Source of the DNA: Syntrophorhabdaceae bacterium
GTDB taxonomy: Bacteria > Desulfobacterota > Syntrophorhabdia > Syntrophorhabdales > Syntrophorhabdaceae
Direction of reading: 5' to 3'
Assembly (NCBI GenBank): GCA_963665295.1
Contig: OY762209.1
Span: 352,001 to 416,000, forward strand
DNA: 64,000 nucleotides
Shown here: piece by piece, positions 39,435 through 47,351 of the stretch
How the letters are laid out: each line of letters starts with the position of its first letter
How positions within the stretch are numbered: the stretch's first letter is position 1
The notes under the pieces: model-generated
What the model was told of the DNA's origin: nothing
Databases searched by the model: none
What the model saw: the letters and a program-made list of their open reading frames with translations, nothing else
Translations under genes and position numbers: made by a program

Positions 39435-41255
39435 ATGATCAAACAGCTTCTCGACGCTGTCCGGAGGCTGAGGCAGCAACTCCCCTATCTGCCCAAGGCC
39501 TTGCGACTGGTTCACCGTGCGGCGGGCGGGCTCACACTTACATGGCTGGCCCTGTTGATCCTTCAGGGCTTGTTGCCTGTTGCAGCGGTCTACCTGACCC
39601 GGACACTCGTGGACGGCGTGGCGGGAATGATCGGCTCAGGGAACGGGTGGGCGGCTTTAACACCCCTTCTCCCCGCGGGCCTTGCCATGGCAATGGTCCT
39701 GATCGCAACTGAGGTACTCCAGGGCATCGGCAAATGGGTGCGCACCGCCCAATCCGAGCAGGTGCAGGATTACGTCCATGAGCTTATCCATGAACAGGCG
39801 ATAAGGCTCGATCTCTCCTTTTACGACGACCCCGGTTACTACGACCAACTGCACCGCGCCCGGGTAGATGCCATAACCCGCCCTGCCGCCCTGATCGAAA
39901 ACGCGGGCACTTTGCTGCAAAGCCTCGTCACCCTGGCAGCCATGGGGGCCGTCCTCTCCACCTTCGGCATATGGATTCCCTTGCTCCTGGCCGCGAGCAC
40001 CCTGCCCGCTTTCCTCGTCGTGCTCCGCCACACAATCCACTTTCACGGATGGCGGCTCCGCAACACCACCGCCATCCGCAAGACCACTTACTATGATATG
40101 ATGCTCACCCAGCGCGAGGCGGCGGCGGAGGTGCGCCTCTTTGGTCTCGGCCCTCATTTTCGCGCACTTTTCAGGGACCTGCGGGCGCGGCTCAGGCGGG
40201 AACAGGTTGAGCTTGCCCGCAGCGAGGCCACGGCCCACGCAGGGGCGGCCCTTATCGGTCTCGCGAGCATGGCGGGGGCCCTGGTCTGGATGGGTCTTCA
40301 GGTATTGAAAGGGGCAGTGAGTCTGGGCAGCCTTGCCCTTTTTTATCAGGCCTTTTACCAGGGTCAGCGCATGATGCGGTCGGTCCTGGGCAGCACCGGG
40401 GAGATTTACCGCAACATCGTGTTCCTGGAGAACCTTTTTGAATTTCTTGCGCTCAAGCCCCGCGTCGATTCACCGGAGAAACCCCTCCCTCATCCCGGTC
40501 TGAAAGGAGCCCTCGAACTTCAGGACGTCACCTTCCGTTATCCCGGCACGGCGCGGGCCGCCATGGAGCGTTTCACCCTCCGTATTCCCGCAGGGCGAAT
40601 CACCGCCCTGGTGGGAGAAAACGGCGCAGGCAAAACCACCCTTATCAAGCTCATCTGCCGCTTCTATGACCCCGAAGAGGGGCGGCTGACCATGGACGGG
40701 ACGGACATCCGCGCCCTTTCCCTTCCCGCGCTCCGGCAGCGCATCACCGTGCTTTTTCAAGACCCCGTGCGATACCACGACACGGTCTTCAGCAACATCG
40801 CCTTCGGGGATATCGGCAGCAATCCGTCATTGGACCGCATCGCCGACGCGGCCCGGTGCGCGGGGGCCGATGGGCCCATAAGCCGCTTGCCTAAAGCCTA
40901 TGAAGCCGTCCTCGGAAAATGGTTCGGCGGTGCCGAACTGAGTGGGGGAGAGTGGCAGCGCCTCGCTTTGGCGCGGGCATTCCTGAGGGACGCGGAGTTC
41001 ATCATTCTCGATGAACCCACGAGCGCCATGGATTCGTGGGCCGAGGCCGACTGGTTGCTCCGTTTTCGCGAACTTGCCGAGGGACGGACCGCCCTGATTA
41101 TCACCCATCGCTTCACCACCGCTTTGCATGCGGACATAATTCATGTCATGGACAAAGGCCGCATTGTGGAGTCCGGCAGCCACGAGGACCTGCTGGCCGC
41201 GAAAGGCAGGTACGAGTCGTCATGGACCCGCCAGATGCGGCAGAGGGGCAACTGA
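39435..41255 (+). CDS. ABC exporter, fused permease/ATPase (lasso D protein)
   Basis: TM domain plus GENGAGKTT, LSGGEWQRLALARAF, LDEPTSAMD and ITHRF. Confidence 0.92.
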   Translation: MIKQLLDAVRRLRQQLPYLPKALRLVHRAAGGLTLTWLALLILQGLLPVAAVYLTRTLVDGVAGMIGSGNGWAALTPLLPAGLAMAMVLIATEVLQGIGKWVRTAQSEQVQDYVHELIHEQAIRLDLSFYDDPGYYDQLHRARVDAITRPAALIENAGTLLQSLVTLAAMGAVLSTFGIWIPLLLAASTLPAFLVVLRHTIHFHGWRLRNTTAIRKTTYYDMMLTQREAAAEVRLFGLGPHFRALFRDLRARLRREQVELARSEATAHAGAALIGLASMAGALVWMGLQVLKGAVSLGSLALFYQAFYQGQRMMRSVLGSTGEIYRNIVFLENLFEFLALKPRVDSPEKPLPHPGLKGALELQDVTFRYPGTARAAMERFTLRIPAGRITALVGENGAGKTTLIKLICRFYDPEEGRLTMDGTDIRALSLPALRQRITVLFQDPVRYHDTVFSNIAFGDIGSNPSLDRIADAARCAGADGPISRLPKAYEAVLGKWFGGAELSGGEWQRLALARAFLRDAEFIILDEPTSAMDSWAEADWLLRFRELAEGRTALIITHRFTTALHADIIHVMDKGRIVESGSHEDLLAAKGRYESSWTRQMRQRGN

Positions 41256-41403
41256 AAGACACGGCTGGGCGTGGCCCCGGAACAAGCCCTGTTTCTCCCC
41301 TTCTCTGAGCAACCTGTACCGCCGCCGGACTCATAATCTCTTGCTTTGTCCGTCAGATTCTCCGATAATGTGGGCTAACGATCGAAATGGGGAGGTTCAA
41401 GGG

Positions 41404-42294
41404 ATGAAAAGAAGGACTACTCTTCTGAGAGAGCTTATCATGGACGAGGAGATCCTGGTTCTGCCGGGGTCCTACGATGCACTCTCTGCAAGAATCATCG
41501 AGCAGGCAGGATTCAAGGCGACCGTGGTCGGCGGCTATGCCGCCTCTGCGTCGATTCTCGGGAAACCGGATGTTTCCCTGCTCACCTTGACGGAGATGGT
41601 CGACCGGGCGCGGTATATTGCGGACGCGGTGGAAATACCCGTCTTTCTGGATGGCGACACGGGCCACGGAAACGTGACGAATGTGGCAAGAACCATAAGG
41701 GACTTCGAGAAAGCAGGAGTGGCAGGCCTGTTTCTGGAGGATCAGGTATTCCCCAAACGATGCGGACATATGGAAGGAAAGCGGGTGATTTCCACGGATG
41801 AAATGATAGCAAAGCTCGGCGCTGCAAAGGACGCCAGGGAAGATCCCGACTTCGTGATCATGGCCCGCACCGATGCCCTTGCAGTGGAAGGGATCGATAA
41901 AGCCATAGAAAGAGGCAACAGGTACCTTGCGGCGGGGGCCGACCTTGTCTTTGTGGAAGCCCCTACTTCCGGGGAGGACATGCTGAGAATCACCCGGGAG
42001 GTGAAAGGACCGACCTTCGCAAGTATGATCGAAGGGGGAAAGACCCCACGGTTCACGGCAAAACAGCTTCAGGATATGGGGTTCAGCGTGGTGGCGTACG
42101 GCCTTTCTATGGTCTATGCGGCATCGTGGGCCATGAGAATGCTCGCCGGGGAGCTTCACGCCTCCGGGACCACCGACGGGTTCCGGGACCGCATGATTAC
42201 CTTCGACGATTTCAACCGGCTGGTAGGCCTCGACGAAATAAGGGCAAAGGAGGCAAAGTACAACGTCGATAGTGCGGGGCCTGAAGGTTCATGA
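41404..42294 (+). CDS. Isocitrate lyase/PEP mutase superfamily enzyme (methylisocitrate lyase-like)
   Basis: DGDTGHG, EDQVFPKRCGH, ARTDA. GGAGG RBS before 41404. Confidence 0.88.
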   Translation: MKRRTTLLRELIMDEEILVLPGSYDALSARIIEQAGFKATVVGGYAASASILGKPDVSLLTLTEMVDRARYIADAVEIPVFLDGDTGHGNVTNVARTIRDFEKAGVAGLFLEDQVFPKRCGHMEGKRVISTDEMIAKLGAAKDAREDPDFVIMARTDALAVEGIDKAIERGNRYLAAGADLVFVEAPTSGEDMLRITREVKGPTFASMIEGGKTPRFTAKQLQDMGFSVVAYGLSMVYAASWAMRMLAGELHASGTTDGFRDRMITFDDFNRLVGLDEIRAKEAKYNVDSAGPEGS

Positions 42295-42553
42295 CATCCG
42301 TTGTTGAGTATGCCGCCGATTCTGTCCACCGAAAGGAGCCCTTGCTGAAACTCGTTCCACACGTTGACGAGGCGGAGGAAGGGCCTGTGAACTGCCCGGC
42401 GGACATTAGTGCTTGCGGGGAGTTCCCGGACGGCCCGATAATGGCTTTCGGGAGGAGGCGTTGCAGCGCCTTCTCCCTCCGGACCCTGTTGCCGGCTTTT
42501 CACACGTGGGCCTGCCGTTGCTGCACTATCACGTCAGGAACGCCCAAGCGCAG

Positions 42554-43657
42554 CTACAAAATCGATCTGCGGCCGTTGTACCTTTCCTTATCATAATATT
42601 TTTCTATATCGACAAGTTTCAATTTGTTGATTACCCCTTTCAGGGGAACCGTGGCAATTTCACCGTGCACAAGACTCACCATGCGTCCAAAATCCCCGTT
42701 GATGATCATATCCACCGCGGCGATGCCGAACCATCTGGCCATAAGGCGATCCCGTGCCGAAGGGGTTCCTCCCCGCTGCAAATGGCTCAGGATGAGGTGA
42801 CGCGATTCAAGCCCTGTCTGTTTTTCTATTTCGCCGGCCACATAACTTGCTATTCCCCCGAGGGAGGGGTGTCCGAACTCATCTACCTTATTGTCTTTCA
42901 GGAATTCGGGCCTTCCCGCAGCCTTCGCTCCTTCGGAAACGACAATGATGGAATATTTTATTTCCCGTCCCCGCCGTTCGCGAAGAAGTTCGCAGACCTG
43001 ATTCATATCGAACAAATACTCCGGTATCAAGATGATATAGGCGCCACTGCACTCTCCGCCGTGGAGGGCGAGCCACCCTGCGTGACGCCCCATTGTCTCG
43101 ACGACGAAGATCCGGCTGTGGGAACCGGCGGTAGTCCTCAATCGGTCAATTTCCTCCATGATCACATTCACGGCAGTGTCAAAGCCGAGAGAATAATCGG
43201 TTCCCATGAGGTCATTATCAATAGTCTTGGGAATCCCTACCGTTTTGATGCCCAGTTGATGCAACTTATAGGCAACGCCAAGGGTATCCTCGCCTCCAAT
43301 CGCGACAACCACATCTATTCCCAGCTTCTTGATATTCTCGATCACCTTTTCAGACCGGTCATGTTTGGGATTAAAGGGGTTTGTCCGCGAGGTGCCCAGG
43401 TTTGTCCCGCCATAGCGGTCCCACGTGCGGACGACCTCCTCATCAAGGGGTTTGATGTATCGTTCGCAGCTTTTCGGATCATCCGGCTCAACCTCTGCCA
43501 ACCCCTTCCACCCTTCGGTGATACCCACCACTTCAAACGAAACGGATCGTTTTCCCGTGAGCTTTGCATCAAGGGCGCTCTTTGTTACCCACTTGATTGC
43601 TCCGTTAAGGCCCGGGCAATCTCCTCCGCCGGTCAGCACTCCTATTTTCATATTCAT
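42554..43657 (-). CDS. pfkA: 6-phosphofructokinase (PfkA family), probably PPi-dependent
   Basis: GGDCPGLN, GGEDT, PKTIDND, ETMGRHAGW. Confidence 0.9.
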   Translation of the reverse strand: MNMKIGVLTGGGDCPGLNGAIKWVTKSALDAKLTGKRSVSFEVVGITEGWKGLAEVEPDDPKSCERYIKPLDEEVVRTWDRYGGTNLGTSRTNPFNPKHDRSEKVIENIKKLGIDVVVAIGGEDTLGVAYKLHQLGIKTVGIPKTIDNDLMGTDYSLGFDTAVNVIMEEIDRLRTTAGSHSRIFVVETMGRHAGWLALHGGECSGAYIILIPEYLFDMNQVCELLRERRGREIKYSIIVVSEGAKAAGRPEFLKDNKVDEFGHPSLGGIASYVAGEIEKQTGLESRHLILSHLQRGGTPSARDRLMARWFGIAAVDMIINGDFGRMVSLVHGEIATVPLKGVINKLKLVDIEKYYDKERYNGRRSIL

Positions 43658-44076
43658 AGGTTTCTCCTTTTACAAAAATCTAAAGCTCCCATTCGGATTG
43701 TCGGCATCGGGCATAAGCCGGAGGGTTGGAGCGCCTTCAGCAAAAACTCCACGTTCCATGGTCCTGTTGCCGATAGTCCCTATTTCATATATAGCACAAT
43801 AGTAAAGGATATTCTATCAATGACTCGAGGATTCCGCCGGCTCCCGCACAAATGACCGTATACAAATGTCGCGTTGGGGAACAGGAATGGATATGCCTTG
43901 TTCGCACCGCGCTTTTTCGATATTTATATAAAGTTCCTGAACCACCGTGAGACGATGGGCAACTCCTTTACATAAGCAAAGACCAACGGCGTACCTCATT
44001 CAGGGCCCTTACACAATGAACAAACGGGTGTATTATACTTAGAACAGGTTATAATATTTATCACGGAGCAAAAACC

Positions 44077-45744
44077 ATGACCACGCACAGGAAGATACTC
44101 TTTATGGGGGCAGGCGGCGTTGCCGTCGTCGCAACAATCGCTGCAATCGTCCTTATTGTCCTCTTCGATATCAATTCCTACAAACCGAGAATCCAAACCG
44201 TGGCTTCCGGAATGACCGGACTGGATGTCAAAATCAACGGGAAGATGGGGCTCTCCTTCTTTCCTTTCGGGGTGTCGGCAAGGGATATCCATGTTGCCGA
44301 CAAGAGAGGTGAAATCCTCTCCCTTGAACGCCTCACGCTACGGGCGGACCTGATACCGCTGCTGAAAAAACAGCTGAAAGTCAGCGCTTGCGAGCTTGTC
44401 AAACCCGTTATCACCATCACAAAGAACGCTGCGGGAAAGTATGATTTCGCGGACGCGGCAAGGAAACGGTTTATAGAAAGGCCTGGGACGGTGCTCACCT
44501 TGAATGAGTTCAAATTGTCAAAGGGGATGCTTGTCCATATTGACAACAAGACAGGTGAAAAGACCGAATTGAATGAAATCAATCTGGCCATTAGAGATAT
44601 GACCGTGGCGGACACATCGAAAGGCATCCTTAAAACCGTCTCATTCACAGGGACCATCGACTGCAAGGAGGTACTGCAAAAGGATGTGAAGATGGAAAAT
44701 ATCAGGGCTTCCATGAAGGCAACCAGGGGAACTTACGACCTCCAGCCTCTGACTATAGGCGTTTTCGTCTATTCCGGCAAAAAAGCGGTTGAAAAAACAG
44801 AGATAAAGGAAATCCATATGGCCGTCAAGAATATGGTGGTGGCCGATACCCCGGGGGGCCTCATTAAGAACGTCTCCTTCACGGGGACCATGGACTGCAA
44901 GGAATTGCGGAAGAAGGATGTCCTTGTCACCAATATCAAGAGTTCTTTGATGGCGGAGAAAGGCGTATTTCACCTCAAGCCCCTTGCCATGGATGTTTTC
45001 GGGGGCAAAGGCGAAGGGGATGTGACGGTGCGCACCACCGAAGGCGACGCCGAATATGAGATCAATTTGAGTGTGTCAAAACTGGATTTCGAAAAGGTTG
45101 AGGAATCCTTCGGCAAGAAAAAGGTCGTCGGCGGGAAGGGCGACCTCGATGCGGCCCTGACCGTGAGAGAACGGGGGAAAGGCACTCTCCTGAAAGACGC
45201 GGACGGTTCCCTGTCTCTCCGGGGCAATAATCTCATCACCTATACGGTGGACCTCGACCGGGTCCTCTCATCATATGAGACGAGCCAGAAGTTCACTCTT
45301 GTAGACATGGGCGCTTTTTTGCTGGCAGGCCCTCTCGGTCCCGTTGCAGTCAAAGGGTACCGTTATGGGGACGTTTATTACCAGACCATGGGCGGACAAG
45401 GCGTGATCACCCGGTTCGTTTCCCACTGGAAGCTCAAAAACGGCATCGCCGAGGCCACGGACTGCGCCTTTGCCACGCGCCATAACCGGGTGGCCGTCAA
45501 GGGAAAGCTCAACCTGCTCACCGAGAGATATGACAATGTAACAGTGGCCCTCCTCGATGACAAAGGGTGCCCCACGTTCAAACAAACCATCAATGGCCCT
45601 TTCGAGAAGCCCCAGGTCGGCACCGTGAGCATGGTCGAGTCTCTCGGCAGCCCCATATCCAACCTCTACAGGCAGACAAAACGTCTCGTCCAAGGGGGCA
45701 AATGCGAAGTCTTCTACCACGGCGCCGTGCAGCAACCGCGTTGA
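44077..45744 (+). CDS. AsmA family protein
   Basis: N-terminal TM followed by FDINSYKPRI...TG..V.I.G...LSFFP; beta-rich body. Confidence 0.8.
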   Translation: MTTHRKILFMGAGGVAVVATIAAIVLIVLFDINSYKPRIQTVASGMTGLDVKINGKMGLSFFPFGVSARDIHVADKRGEILSLERLTLRADLIPLLKKQLKVSACELVKPVITITKNAAGKYDFADAARKRFIERPGTVLTLNEFKLSKGMLVHIDNKTGEKTELNEINLAIRDMTVADTSKGILKTVSFTGTIDCKEVLQKDVKMENIRASMKATRGTYDLQPLTIGVFVYSGKKAVEKTEIKEIHMAVKNMVVADTPGGLIKNVSFTGTMDCKELRKKDVLVTNIKSSLMAEKGVFHLKPLAMDVFGGKGEGDVTVRTTEGDAEYEINLSVSKLDFEKVEESFGKKKVVGGKGDLDAALTVRERGKGTLLKDADGSLSLRGNNLITYTVDLDRVLSSYETSQKFTLVDMGAFLLAGPLGPVAVKGYRYGDVYYQTMGGQGVITRFVSHWKLKNGIAEATDCAFATRHNRVAVKGKLNLLTERYDNVTVALLDDKGCPTFKQTINGPFEKPQVGTVSMVESLGSPISNLYRQTKRLVQGGKCEVFYHGAVQQPR

Positions 45745-45821
45745 CACCTGTGCAGCTGAGAAAGACAATGGCCCGTGGTTATCAGGAGAATTCTCTCAAA
45801 ATCGGTTGTCTTTCATAATCC

Positions 45822-46310
45822 GGTATTCCCCAGTTCATCCGCTATCTTGATCCGGTCATTAAGGCCCTATAGGAGTTGGGAGGGTCCGGTACTCCGTCCG
45901 AGGTCGTCGAAATAGTGGCCAAGCTGAAGAACGTCTCTGAGGACGAGCAGAAGGAGACGCCCAAGACAAGAGCCTCCCGATTCGTAAACCAGGTCCGGTT
46001 CGCCCGCCAATACCTTGTGTGGGAGGGGCTGCTTTCATCCTCAAAGCGGGGAATCCGGAGCCTCACAGAGAAGGGAACGCAGACGGAGGATATATCACAA
46101 CATGCCGTTGCCCTCGAAATGTTCGAGCGGCTGCACATGCTCCACTCTTCAGCGAAGAAGGAGAAGCCGGAAGCGTCCGTCCACGGGGAAACGATCACAA
46201 CAGCCGGAGACAGCGGACCAGCGGCGAAGCGCTACCCGTGCAACAACGTTGAGTCCTCCTTCCGGTCAGACCCCGCGAGGCGTCACGGTTTCGCCTGTTT
46301 CACCGTGTAG
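45822..46310 (+). pseudogene. mrr: Remnant of an Mrr-type restriction endonuclease (N-terminal wHTH only)
   Basis: Frame reads GIPQFIRYLDPVIKAL*ELGGSGTPSEV...SRFVNQVRFARQYLV..GLL.SSKRG..SLTEKG. In-frame TAG at 45870, no start codon, no catalytic domain. Confidence 0.7.
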
Positions 46311-47311
46311 GTCTTTTTTGCCTTGTTCGCAGTTGCAATTGCCGTAATGCTCCCGCTCCTTGCAGCCTTGGTCGTATTGGGCCCTACCGCGTAGTCCACC
46401 TTTCCCGTACCCGTGCCGGAAGCTCCGGGGGTGATGGTGATCCAGTTCTTATTCGCGCCGGCAGTCCAAGCGCAGTCGCCGGGACTTGCAGTTATGTCGA
46501 AGGAGCCTGCGCCTCCGCCTGCGTTGATCAGACCGGAAGAAGAAGCGCTGAGGGCAAGACTGCACGGCACACCGGTCTGGTTTATGGCAATGGAGCTATT
46601 CCCGATACTCAGTTTGCCGGAACGGTTGACCGAGCTTGCATATGCGGGTATGGTGATCATTATTGTCCCTTTGGTATTGCTGAAGGTACTCGTATATTCA
46701 ATCCAGTCCCCTTCTTTGAATATGTCGGGAGAGGGGCAATAACTTGAACCCTTTGCCGTAATCGTTGCAGTAAACTTCCCTCCTTTATAGGTAACCGTCT
46801 TTTTAACAGGAGAGAGGGTATAGACGCACGCGCCTGTATTGAATTGAGCGCCCACGGCCTTATTCGCGTTCATGGAAATCGTGCAGGTGGTAGTGCCGCT
46901 GCACACACCTGACCATCCTATGAAGAGAGACCCCGTCCCGGCGGCAGGCCTTAGGGCCACCTTCGTGCCTTTCGTAAAACTTGCGGCGCACGTGTCACCA
47001 CAGTCGATTCCCGGGGAGTTCGAGGTGACCGTGCCTGCGCCGGTGCCGGACTTGGTGACCGTGAGGGTGTAGCCCGGTACCGAGGGCACAACCGCCTTGG
47101 TGATTATGTTGCCTGCTCCATCGTAGGTGTAAGTGAGGGACCGTCCATTGCCATAATCGGCCTTAGTGAGCCGTCCGTTGGCATCGTAGGTGTAGGTGAT
47201 TGAGGCGATTGCGACAGCAGGGGGGACACACAAGGCGAGAGCAATCCCGATGACGGCGATTACCGTGACATAGAGAGAGACTTTGCGGAGTGTACGGGTG
47301 AGAGGCCGCAT
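46283..47311 (-). CDS. Secreted protein: short YD/RHS repeat, InlB-B-like repeat and two BACON-like Ig domains
   Basis: Signal peptide from ATG 47311; YTYDANGRLT...YTYDGAGN; LTVTKSGTGAGTVTS...F.GWSG.C; C.WTA.....WI.......G.G.V.Y.V..N.....R.G.I. Confidence 0.8.
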   Translation of the reverse strand: MRPLTRTLRKVSLYVTVIAVIGIALALCVPPAVAIASITYTYDANGRLTKADYGNGRSLTYTYDGAGNIITKAVVPSVPGYTLTVTKSGTGAGTVTSNSPGIDCGDTCAASFTKGTKVALRPAAGTGSLFIGWSGVCSGTTTCTISMNANKAVGAQFNTGACVYTLSPVKKTVTYKGGKFTATITAKGSSYCPSPDIFKEGDWIEYTSTFSNTKGTIMITIPAYASSVNRSGKLSIGNSSIAINQTGVPCSLALSASSSGLINAGGGAGSFDITASPGDCAWTAGANKNWITITPGASGTGTGKVDYAVGPNTTKAARSGSITAIATANKAKKTYTVKQAKP

Positions 47312-47351
47312 GGGATCTTCATATAAAGCAGTCTCGTCGTAAACGCCGCCG

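Noticed and set aside
45870..45872. Pyrrolysine or other readthrough of the TAG in the mrr remnant
   Set aside because: The gene also lacks a start codon and the catalytic domain, so decay is the simpler explanation.
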